From the NCBI GenBank assembly GCA_025558095.1, contig JAIVFI010000005.1:434001-498000 (forward strand): a stretch of 64,000 bases of DNA. Reading direction: 5' to 3'. Origin of the DNA: Hyaloraphidium curvatum SAG 235-1. Lineage: Eukaryota > Fungi > Monoblepharomycota. The notes under the pieces were generated by a model, which was not told where the DNA came from, ran no database searches, and was given only the letters and a program-made list of their open reading frames with translations. Positions 1-14,782 of the stretch are shown piece by piece; the first letter of the stretch is position 1, and every line of letters begins with the position of its first letter. The translations under genes were made by a program, and so were the position numbers.

Positions 1-976
1 CTATCCTCGGCTGCCTTTCACAGACGAGGTCTATGCCGTTCTATCGCGCGCACTGGCGCCGTCAGGGTGGCTGGCGTACGAGGAGCTCGTTCTCACCAAC
101 CCCGCGGGCGCCGGCACCGCTTTGCCGAAGTTCCGCGACGCGCAATCGCTGCTTCTTGCCTTGAAGCTGGCCGGCTTCGTGTCGCCCTCCATCGAAGCGA
201 CTCGCCCGCTCTCCGAGGCGGAAGCGGATGCTCTGGCGTCGGGCGCGTGGAATCTGCCTGTGGGGAGCGGAGCCGGCAAGGCGGCCGTGGATGCCGGGCT
301 GTGCGTTGCGACCATCACCGCCGCGAAGCCGAGCTACGCCACGGGATCTGCTTCGGCGATCAAATTGCCCCTTCGCTCCAAGAAGCCCGCCGAGCAACCG
401 CAGTCGAGGTCGCCGGCTCCGGCGCTCGTGGGCTGGAGCGACAGCAGCGAAGATGGCGAGCTCGAGGACGAGGACGCTCTTCTGGACGAGTTAGACAGAG
501 CCAAACCGGCGAAAGGTCAGGCGGAAATGAACGCTCCCGCCGACCAACCGTTCTGAAGACTGCCGGACACGCCAGTCGACGACTGCGAGATGACCGACGG
601 CAAGAGGAAGGCTTGCAAGAACTGCGTGTGCGGGCGGGCCGAAGAAGAAGCCGCCGAAGCCGCCGTCGTGACGATATCCTCGGACGAAGCGACCGGTGCC
701 GTCATCGGGGCCAAGGAGGTCAAGTCCTCGTGTGGCAGCGTGGGTCTTGCCGTCCCCCTTCCGCTCCTGCGGTCACCGACGTTGCTCCCGTCTCTCCAGT
801 GCTACCTCGGCGATGCTTTCAGGTGCAGCACCTGTCCGTACCTCGGCATGCCGGCCTTTGAACCCGGTCAGAAAGTGGAGCTCACGGGCATCTTTGGTGG
901 GTGGTCGATGGCTCGCTAACCGTCCCGATTGTGCTCAACTCCTTCCGTAGCTTCTGCCGACATTGATTTTGAGTGA
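1..976 (+). CDS. DRE2: Fe-S cluster assembly protein Dre2/anamorsin (CIAPIN1), 5'-partial, spliced
   Basis: Spliced translation contains DEDALLDE, C-x8-KACKNCVCG and KSSCGS|[23 protein letters not shown], the two anamorsin Cys clusters; intron 516-575 and two more; stop TGA 974-976. Confidence 0.95.
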
Positions 977-1048
977 TGCGTAGTAGTAGTTGTGTGACAT
1001 TCACTATCATAACTAGCTCCCAAATTCTCCGGTCCGCCCTCTCGTCCC

Positions 1049-3397
1049 ATGGAGACCGAGGCAAAGTCGCAGCCGTCCGGAGTACGGCAGCCCTTGGCTC
1101 CTCTGCGCTCGGCCGAGAACGGTGCCGAATCCCGGGGGCGAACGCTCGCATCGCCGGGCCGGCGCCAACCGTATGAAGATGGCGGCCACGACACCGAGGG
1201 ATCCGAAAATGGACCGGCACGGAAGCGACAACGGACTTCGGACAGCTGCGATGCTTTCCCTGGTGCCGGCATTGCGTCCAGCCCGCTGCGGATGGAGCAC
1301 CGGCTGCCACGGCCCGTCGGGGGCAAGACACGGGGCGTGACCGCCAGCCTCTTCCGGCGAGAAACACAAGGAATTCCTGGGCTTTACAGGCAGAGCAAGC
1401 GTCGGTGCCGTCCTTTCTTGCTGTGGATCCCCCCGATGACCCGTTTCCGTGGCCAGCATCGACGCGGTTCCGGCTGAAGGAGTTCGTCAGCCGCGACGTG
1501 GACACCTACAGCGTGGTCGATGACGATGGGCAAACCGTGCCGCCCTTCGTCTGCAAGTACTCTTCCAGTGAGAGGAACGCTCGGCCCCCGCGCGCCCGCC
1601 GGTTCTGAGCAGCTTGCAGGTACCCAACGGTTGCTCGCCGCAGCCGACGAAAGCGGCGCGGTGATCCTCCTTGATACCTCAGAAGATCGGACACCTTCCG
1701 GTAGGGCATCCGTGGGCTGGTTTCGTCCACCCGACTGCTGACCTCGACGGTAGATCGACTCAAGGAACAAGTCCTTGCTCACAACAACGCGATATTCGAT
1801 CTCTGCTGGACCCCGGACGATTCCGCGATTGTGGGCGCTCTATTTCTTCGGAGCTTTCCGGGTTCCTAAACGTCCGTCGTTCCAGATCACTGCCTCCGGT
1901 GATCAGACGGCCGTGCTGTGGGACGCGGCTACGCTGCAACGGCGAGCAATATTCTCTGGGCACCGATCATCCGTAAAGACAGTCTCGGCCTGTCCATCGG
2001 ATCCCAGTGAGTGCTCTAATCGAAGTTAGTCCGTCAGACTCAAGAAAGGGTCGCGCCGCGCAGACATGATTGCAACTGGCTCGCGAGACGGCCGGATCCT
2101 CGTCTGGGATGTGCGCTGTTCATCCACGAAGGTCTTCCAGCTCTCGGGATATGGCAAGTAAGCCGCTTGTATCCTGTGCCACCCAACTGACGGTCCTGGC
2201 AAAGTTGGGCCCCCGGTCTACACTCGTGCAAACATGATCCAGAACGCGCATTTTCGAAACGCAAAGCACAGCAAGGATGAATCAAAATCCACCAAGAGGC
2301 ATGGCACTGCGGTATGCCGGCGGCTCTTGACGCTTATCCTGTGATCGCTTGACAATGCCTCATGCAGAGCGTCACTCAGGTCCTTTTCCTCGGTCACGGT
2401 AGCCATCTCCTTGCCTCGACTGGATCGGCTGATGGGTGAGCCCGATCTGGGGGGCCTTCATGATCGGTCATGCACGTTCTCATCCAACTGCTCCGAAGCG
2501 TGGTCAAGCTCTGGGATCTGCGCCAGCACGGGTCCTACACTACCAAGGAGAACCCGACGCCATTTGCGTCTTCCTTTCCGGTGCCCGATTCCAATAGGCC
2601 CAGGGGATTCACGTCCCTGTCGGTCGACCCTTCAGGCTCGAAGCTCTTTGCTAGCTGCACGGACAACCGGTGGGGTCTCTAACCAAGCGGCGCTCCTGTA
2701 TTGCTGACCTCGCGACAGGATCTACATGTTCAGCACCAAAAACCTGACCAGTCCGTGGACCACCTTTTCCGAGCCGACGTACACGAGCTATTCGAATGGC
2801 TTCTTCGTTCGCACCACCGTGTCCCCGGACGGGGCGTACGTCGCTTCCGGATCGTCCTCCGGGACCGTCTACATTTGGGAGATCGACCATCCGGAACGAC
2901 CAGCGTACCTGCTTCCGGCGCACAGGGCGGAATGCTCATCTGTGTCCTGGTGTCCAACTGACTTTGAGCAGGTGAAAGCTGCGTGCCGACAGTGGTGATG
3001 GTTTCTCATATCTATGGCAGCTTGCATCGTGCTCGGACGAAGGCACCATCCGCATCTGGAACATGGATGCAGATCTCGTCGATATGCGAGGTCGTGACCC
3101 CGAAGTGATGCGCAAAACCGCAGCCGCCGTTGAAGGCCAGGTCGGGCAAGGTTCGATCGAACCATTGGTTCTCCGCGGACCCACTTGACGCCTTTTGCAG
3201 AACGACCGACGAAAGTACCTCCCATTAGCAAGGGAGAAAGCAGTCCGATCACTCCGAATGCCGCTTCTTCCCCGTTTTCGCTGGCGGCCTGGCTGCGGCC
3301 CGGCACCCCGGCGCGATCGAGCCCGATCCCGGGCAGCGCGAGCCTTGTGCAAGACGAAAATTCCCCTGCAGCAAGGAATGTAGCTCGAAGACGATGA
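1049..3397 (+). CDS. CDT2: WD40 protein Cdt2/DTL (CRL4 substrate receptor), multi-exon
   Basis: AHNNAIFDLCW, ITASGDQTAVLWD, GHRSSVKTV, ATGSRDGRILVWDVR, VKLWDLR, RGFTSLSVDPSG, FFVRTTVSPDG..ASGSS are DTL/Cdt2 WD-repeat signatures. Confidence 0.88.
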
Positions 3398-3525
3398 ACG
3401 CTGTGTTCGGATGACCCGGTCGAGTTCTGCCGGCCGTGGAGGCGGTGCGGCCAAGTCCGTGCGTCCACCCAACCCAGCCCCTCCCCTTCCCCGTTGCGGC
3501 CGACCCGGCCACCCGCCTCATCGCG

Positions 3526-6790
<3,265 letters not shown>

Positions 6791-7143
6791 ATGATTATGT
6801 GCCGACTGTGTCTTGCTTTTGGTGTATTTCAATTGAATCTGATCATCTTGGCACTTCCGGACCCGAGCCGGTGTGATGGGCGGTGCATGTGCCAGCGCCT
6901 GCGGCGTCTGTTTGAACCCAAACACACCTCGAAGCAACTTGTGCCTGGGCCGCTGTGACCGTCGGCGATGGCGGAAAACTAGCGGCAGGCGAATCACAGA
7001 GGTGCATTTTCGCTGCAGGGTCTCTCGGCCTCTCTGCGGTCGCCCCGCGAGTTGTTGCCGGGCGCACTTGCGCTCGAGTCCCCAGGTCGGGGGGCTCTAC
7101 ACGCCGGGACAGACCCTTCAGGCGGCCATTCTGGCCGGAAACA

Positions 7144-10100
7144 ATGGACATGAGTGTTTTGCTGTCTCGGCTCGATGCAATCAAGGATTGCTTGGCGTCC
7201 GACCAGGTCGCCGGCAAGGCGACGGGGGTGCCCATCGACGCGCTCTTGGACGCCTTCATCCTCTTCACCGAGGAGCTCCGGCATCGGAAGTTTGAGCAGA
7301 CGGAACATGTGAAGAAGTTCCTTGCCAAATGTGGGACCGGACTGCCGTGCGCATTCGGTCGACGTTCACCTGTCATCGCGAGCCAGACGACCCCGCCGTG
7401 CAGCGCCTCAGAAGTGTCCGCGTGAATGCAAACGACTTTGAGCAGATAAAACTTCTCGCCACTGGCGCTGTCGGAAAGGTGAGTAAACGCTGGACCTGCT
7501 CGGACATGGAGAGCTCGAACCCGCTTGGCAGGTCTACCTGGTCAAATCCAGGCTCGACGGAAAGTACTATGCCCTGAAAAAGCTCAAGAAGCACGATGTT
7601 TTGCGCTCCACGGAGGTGAGAGAGATGCGGCAGTCGTCTTTTGCCCGTGCCGACCGTGCCTACAGGCTGCCTTCTTCATGGAGGAGCGGAACATCATGGC
7701 GCTCGCCAGCTCCTCCGAATGGCTCACCACGTTGCACGCAGCATTTCAGGACAGCGAACACCTCTGTCTCGTGATGGAGTACGCTCCCGGAGGCACGCTG
7801 CGTTCGCCGATGGGCCGTCACGAGCGCGGGGAGGGGGACTACCTCACGGAAGACGAGGTCAAGTTCTACATTGCTGAAACCATACAGGGTCTCGGGGAGC
7901 TTCACCGCAGGCGTTACATTCATCGGTAAGTGGGCATCTTTGCTTCTAGCTGGCTTCTTCTGAGGAGAGGCCCTCCAGCGACCTGAAGCCCGACAATGTG
8001 CTATTGGACTCGGAGGGCCACGTGAAGCTCGCCGACTTCGGCTCCTGCGTTACCTTTGACGATGTCAAGAGGCCCAATATTGGCATCCCAATCGGCACGC
8101 CCGGTAATTCTCATCGCAGACTAAACCCCCGGAAAGCGCTCAAACGAAACCTTGACAGACTACATCGCACCCGAAGTGCTGCAATCGTTGGAAAAGGCAA
8201 AACCAGATTACGGCCCGGAGTGCGATTGGTGGTCACTCGGAGCAGTGGCGTACGAACTGCTCTGCGGGGACGTTCCGTTCCAAGGCGACTCGATGGTGGA
8301 GATCTACCACGAGATCATGAACAGCAAGGTTGGCGAGGCGCGAGGCGCTGCACATGCGCACCATGTTCTAAGATTCATATCCAGGTCGAATTCCCGGAAG
8401 ACTGCAACCTGTCGCCCGAAGCCAAAGACTTTGTTCTCAAGCTTCTCTCGGATCGCAGAACCCGCCTCGGGGTAAACGGTCCAGATGAGGTCAAGGCACA
8501 TGCGTGGCTAAAGGATGTGGACTGGGACAAGCTTCGCTCGCGTGGGTCCGTGGCGCTCATACCGCGGTGTGAGGTCTGACAGCTCACGTTTAGGTGCTGC
8601 CCCTTGGGTGCCGATGTTGGAGGGACCCGAGGACACCAAGTTCTGCGTCTTTGAAGACGAGGAATTCAACCCCAACCGGCAGGAAACGAAGCCGTGGAGG
8701 TCCTCCGAACCCGACCAGGGCGCACATCTCCGCTTCGTCGGGTACACCTACCTTCGGGACCCTGCCCCACAGTTGGTCTGGGGGGACCAGATCGTGGACT
8801 CGGGCTTGCCTCCTTTGCCGTCGCTGGCGGACGGAAAGGCGTTGGAGGACGAGAAGCAGAAGAACGAGGCACTTCTGTCTGCGAACAAGAGCCTTGGGGA
8901 CAACGTTGCGACCTTGACTGCCCAGCTTGCCCGCCTCAAGGGCATCGAGGCATCGAACCTGGCTCTCGAGAAGGAGAAGATCGATGCCGAAATGGAGCTG
9001 GAAAGCCTGCGCCGCCGACTTCGTGCCGCACAGCGAGAGAAGGATGACCTCGCGCGGCGCGTGGAAGTACTGGAGGAGCTGGAATCTCCTGCAACCGACG
9101 AGGGCATGCTCAAAGAGCTCACAAATGAACTTGAGGTGCAGCGTCGAAGATGCCTTGACCTGGAGACGTCACTTGCCACAACTTCATCCGCCCTCGCCGA
9201 CGTGGAGAAAAGGATGGCGGATTTACGAGCTTCTAGCGATGCACAGGTCAGATCCTTGGAACAACAGGTCCAAACCCTCTTGCGGGAGTTGGCTATGGCC
9301 AGGGGAAGGGGCGAGACGCTGGAGAGCGAGAAGCAAGGACTGTCTGAGCGAGTGGATTCGCTTTCCAAATCACTCGATGCCACGAAGGAACGTGAGGAGA
9401 GAGTGACGTTGCTGCTCGCGGGTGAGCAGGCGACTGTTTTGGAGTTGCAGTCCAAGCTTTCGAACTCAGTGAACGAGCTTGACTCTGCGAAGGCCCAGCT
9501 CCTTCAGTCCATGGCTCGCGGTGAGCAGCTGGTTGCCGAAGTCGAAAGGCTCTCGAGCGACAAGGATGCCGCGTCGGGGCTGCAGGCGCTTCTCGACGAC
9601 GCTCGCCGGCGCTTGACCGAACGAGAAGGCGACCTTGCGGAGCTTCGACGCTCGCGAGTTTCGGACGATGCAGAACGCTCTGCTTTGATAGCGCAAGTGG
9701 CAGCTGGCACAAAGGCCATCGCGGATTGCGAAAGGCGGCTTGCGGAAGCACGGCTGGATGCAGGGACACAGACGGATGCTGTCCGGGCTCTGCAGTCGGA
9801 GCTTGCCGATGCGCGAGCTACTGTCAAGGAGCTGCGCCTGCAGCTGTCCTTCTCCCAAGATTCGCTGAGGATTGAGCAGACAACCTCGGAAGCGCTGCGG
9901 AATAAGCTATCGGAAACGGACGACGTTACGAAGACGCTGGAAGCGGAGCGCATCAAGCTCGAGGCGATGCTCACGATTGCAGAAGAAAAGACCGCCAAGC
10001 TGCAGGCCCACGCAACACATCAAGAGGCAGCAAAAGCCCAGGCGGACGAGCGACTTCGCCTTATGCGAGACGAGCGCGATAAAGCCAGGGCAACTGTCGC

Positions 10101-12117
10101 GGAATTGCAGCTGGCTTCAAGCGATCTGCAAACGAAGCTGCAGGATGCATTCGGGACTGAAAAGGCCCAGGAGCAGAAACTCCGGCTCGTCGAGAACCGC
10201 GTGAACGAGCTGGAGACCGAACGTCAGGAGCTCCTGAGCGCGCACGCTGCGGAATGGGACCAAAGTGCCGCGGATAATGCGGACCTGAACACCAAGGTGC
10301 GCCAACTGGAGGCGGAACTCGGCTCGTGCAAGATTCAGCTGGAGCTCAAGTTGAACGAGCTTGTCGCGGCCAGCATAGAACGGGAGGCTTTCGCCAAGCG
10401 AATTGCAGAGCTTCAGGCTCTGGCCGTTCAGTCTTTAAGCCCTACTACCCCGCCGTCTCCAAGCCCTACCGCGGAGCATCAGCTGCAACAGCGACCAGCA
10501 TCCGTCAAGAAGCGCGATTCGTTCAAGAGCCGCTTCGGCCTCCGCATGTTCGAGGGGAGGAAGGCGTCCAGCCGGCCGATACCAGAACGAGATGAAGAAG
10601 CCGAGGCTCCGCCAGGAGAGCTTGATGATGCCAAGTCAGAGATGAGCGAGCAGAGCATCGTGCGAACTCTCCCACGTACTAGGAGAATGAGCAGCAGCGC
10701 CGTTTCGGTGACTTCAGCAATCTCTTCCGACTCCCCAACTTCTATCGCTCGTGAGTCGTCCCGAGACGCTTTTGGTTCGCAACTGATTGACTCCGTCTGT
10801 CATCAAGCGATCGAGTACAAGACGGATCCTCTCCCGGCACTAAAGGTGCAATTCGTCAAGTCCGACAAGTTCATGACCAAGAAGAGCGTCCGACTTGAAG
10901 CGAGGTGGCTGCGGTTGAGGGGTAATGAGGTCATGGTCTTGAGCAGCGAGGCGGACTTCGGAAACGTATCTGCACAAGCTGCCGACTCATGGGCAGTCAG
11001 GTCTGCAGTGCCTTCGCGGAAGCCTTGCACCTTTCTGACGGGAACAACATTCCAGGTCTCCGCTTTTCCACGTGCGGGCAGTAAGACCAGCAGACTATAC
11101 AAAGCTACCGGACCATATGATTTCAAACATGGTTCGCATCGTCTACTGCCATGGCAAGAAGCTGGAAAGTCGAAAGGTAGCTCGCATGAGGCGCGCTTGC
11201 TTCGCCCTTCTTATCACCCTCGACCAAGGATTTCGAAACCACATTGTGCACGCCCGACTCTGTGCAAGCCGATATTCATTCTCTTGATGCGGAGCTCCGC
11301 CGATTGACCGGGGTGGAATCGGAAGTCGCCAGGCGGCGAATTCAGATCTTGAACGAGGAGCGCGATCTGCTGCTCAGGATTCAAGAAGGGCTGGCGCGAT
11401 CTGTCGACGAGGTGCGCCGTCGACGTAAACGTCGTCAATCGCGATTAACACCCTTCCAGGCGCGCAAGGAGAGCATGATCAAGGTTCTCACAGAGAAGCT
11501 CGCCTCAGAGAGGCAGATGCTCGAAACCTACAAGCGCGCATCCCGTGCTATGGTCACGGAGGACGCAGCGCTGACTGTTTGGAAGATGCAGTCAGACATC
11601 GGAAGAATCGAACGGGACATCAACGTCCTTAAATCGGTAAGTGTCGACCCAGGCCGTGCCCGCTGGCCGCCAACCTGACCACGCTGGCACACAGGCGTCG
11701 CAGGAGCAGGACGCCGTTGTCCTGTCTCGACTTGCATTGCTCGAAGCCGTTGGCCCCAAGCTTTATAGCTCGTTCCTGGAAGCCTCACACAACATCAGGA
11801 ACGGTTTTCCGAAGGTCGCCCTGGGCGATCACTCAAGGACATGCGATCACTGTCAGCAGCTGATTTTGGAAGACGGCCATGCAGTTTGCTGCGACGGTGA
11901 GTCCCCAGTTTCCTGCTGCGAAGTCCCAACTCATTGTTCCCTCCTAGATTGCTCCACCGTCTTCCACAGGAATGCATGCCTGCGGCGCAGCCGGCATCTG
12001 TGCGAACATTTGAAGCTAATTGCTCAGCAGAAACCGCAGCTCGTCCTTTGCGAGAGCACTGAGGACAAGCAGCGGTGGCTACAAACCCTGGTAGCAGAAG
12101 CCAACCGGCCGTCGTGA
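7144..12117 (+). CDS. ROCK/DMPK/MRCK-family AGC Ser/Thr kinase: kinase, ~550-aa coiled coil, split PH domain with inserted coiled-coil and C1 finger
   Basis: N-terminal PIDALLDAFI helix; AFFMEERNIMALASSSEW..LHAAFQD; HRDLKPDNVLL; DFGSC; GTPDYIAPEVL; YGPECDWWSLG; hydrophobic motif HLRFVGYTY; LFHVRAV; C1 Cys/His pattern; terminal PH helix EDKQRWLQTL. Confidence 0.85.
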
Positions 12118-12301
12118 CCGGACTGATGCATGCGCATGTGGTCAATGTGTAGTCTGTTTCTGAATCCAAGATCTTCTTTGTGAGATACAACAGAACCCAA
12201 CAACCGCCTTGCCGAAGCCACGAGTTTACAGTTGATTGCGGTGCATTGTGAGGCGGGACTTCCCGACCATTGTCGTGAACGTGATCAGCTCCAAGATTCC
12301 A

Positions 12302-14167
12302 TCACTCGTACTCTTCACTTTCGTATTCTTCCTCCGCCGAAGTGTCTTCGCTTCCGTCCAATCCCCATGCCTCGAGCTGAGATCATCCATCAACGTGGCT
12401 CCGTCGTCGACCTCTTCAAGAACCCACCACAATGTGCATGTTCATGGGATTGATCTTCTGGACGACGTCGTCGTCGTCTGCCGTCTCGCTCCACACGTCC
12501 TCGCTCTGGGAGGCCCCCGTCTCCAGGAGCGGGCGCAGCTCTTCCTCGAACCAGTCGTAGCAGTCTCGGATCTGCTCTTGCGTGTATCCGGTGCACATTT
12601 CCAAGTGTTGATCTGCACGAGTCGCAGTCAGGGAATGCAATTTCGGTACGGCCGCTGTACTGACGGGATCCCATGGCCATTTTCCACGCGAACATTGTAG
12701 CAGCAAGGAGGGAGTTGGGAAAACGGCGGCTCTTCACGTGGTGAACGAGTGCGTCGAGGTAGCGCAGAGCAAGCTGGAAACGCTGCAGCTGGAACTTGCG
12801 TTCCCAGAGGTTGCAGTCCTTGCGGTCTGAGCTGTGGATGCCCTCGTTGTAGGAAGGAAGGGACTCTTCGAGCAGAGCTCCGAGCTGCGAGTAGAGCCGA
12901 AGCCACTCGTAAGCGGTCGGAATGTGGATCGAGTAGTCCGCATCCTAGTGGCTAGGATCAGATCCTGCACGGACGCCGAAAGCAAAAGAGCGACGCACTT
13001 TCAGCAGCTGGTTGACGAACTTTCCGCACCGGTTGAGGAACTGCTCGCCGTTCAGCTTCATCGAGTTCATCTCAAAGTCGCGCACCGCGGCTTCGTCCGT
13101 TTCCTGCGCCAATCGACGGTCAAGCAATGCGACCGGCGATCGAGTAGATGACTCTCACCTCGTTGCGGATCGCTAGATCCACGACCGCCGTGCCGATATG
13201 CGTGTAATCTTCCGGGTCGACCGAGGTCGGCTCATGGTAGTGGAAGAACAGGTCCAGAAGGTTCACCGCGGAATGGAACGTCTGACGCCGGAAGCCGAAT
13301 TCCACGCAGACCTGTTGCGGACGGAGATTAGAGCTCCACAGCAGGGAGTGGGACGTGCAACCGACCTCGCAGATCCAGTTGACGAGCATCGCACGAATTC
13401 CCCAGAAGCGAGTGCCGCAGCCCGACAGCTCCACGTTCGGCATGGCTTCCTCCGCACGCTGCAACGAGATCCAGTTGGCGAACAGTAGCTCCAGTTGGTG
13501 CCGCTGCGTGCACGCATGGTTCATAGCAGGATAAGCTCGAAATAACAGCGCGCTTTACCTGCTCGTCCGTTTTCAGGTTGCCCATGAGGCGAGGATCGCG
13601 GCACTTGGTTGGTCGGATTCTGGTGCGCTCACGGAATGGAGTGTCGGGCGTGTTGCGACCAGTGCCGTTCTTGGAGTTCGGCGTCAGCAACGGGGGCAAA
13701 GGACCTCGCTTGGGGTCCTTGGGGCGGACGTAATGCTCCATGTCGGATTCTCCGTCGCTTGGTGTGGCTGCAGCGGATCGGGGCGGCGACGGCATGCGCG
13801 TCCAACCAGCGGTGCCGCGCCGAAAGTCGAACCCCAATGCACTAGCGTGCGCCGTTTCCACGGGCGAATCCAAGGTCTCGTCGCACGCAAGCTCCTGCTC
13901 AATGTCGTAGTCCCCGTCGTCCATGTTGTCTCCGTCCAGGTATTCCGGCCCCGCGGGTCCGAATCCCGGACTGCTCAGTACGGCACGTTGCTGCGCGTGC
14001 GATAGCTGGGGGCTCTGTTTGAAACCGCCGAAGCTGTTGGAGGCCGCCGGCGGGCCCCAAGCCTGCGTGCACCGGGTGTCACATGCGATACAGCACGGAA
14101 GCGAGGCTGCGAACCTGGTAGTCCGTGGGCATGAACCGGTCCCCTGTCCTGCAATTGGCTTGTCCAT
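12302..14167 (-). CDS. Cyclin, cyclin E-like (G1/S), multi-exon
   Basis: IRAMLVNWICE|VCVEFGFRRQTFHSAVNLLDLF (cyclin box), LAIRNEE, PTAYEWLRLYSQ, RRFPNSLLAATMF, LEMCTGYTQEQIRDCYDWF; the last exon LEAWG..EEYE* after a 51-nt intron is inferred. Confidence 0.8.
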
Positions 14168-14282
14168 TGCCGCCGAAGCCCGCGAAGGGGGGCTCGTGGG
14201 GGGCAAGAGCCAAGACATTGGCCGTCCTCTGCGACGCGCCTTCCGACTCCCTGGGGGCCCGCACGACAGTCAGGCTACTAAG

Positions 14283-14293
14283 TTGGCGCGGAA
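14283..14293. promoter_or_regulatory. E2F-like site upstream of the cyclin E-like gene
   Basis: TTGGCGCGGAA (reverse TTCCGCGCCAA), similar to the overlapping E2F element TTTCGCGCCAAA, about 115 bp upstream of ATG 14167. Confidence 0.3.
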
Positions 14294-14782
14294 CCGGACG
14301 CGGCGACGCCGTACCTTCGCCCTAGCATGGCGCGTGCCGGGTCTCCTCGTGATAATTGCTCAACGCATCCGTCGGGGCCCCGCTCCCACGACTCTGCGCT
14401 CCCCGCCGGCCCCGACCCGCTCACCGCAGCTCCCAGCACACGCTCCGCGCTGCGGCGGGAGAGATCGGGTCAGTGACGGCTCGGCGGCCGCGGGAGCGCG
14501 CGGCGGCGTGGCGGGCGCGGCCCGGTCCCGGCGCGCCCGGTCACCGCTGCCACCCGCTGCCGCCCGCTGCGACGTGCGGAGAGTCCTGCTTACCGAGTCC
14601 ACAAGCGCCCACAACCGCCGCCCGTAAGGGGGACACCTCTAAATTCCAGAAGACTTTGTGTGGTCGGCTCTCGTTCGCGGCCGCCACAAGATCAACTCCC
14701 CCCAGCCCCGCTCAGTCGGAGACCGGATGAGTGCATGGACTGCCGCGCTAGCCAAGCTAATGCAATCTACATTGCCCGGATA

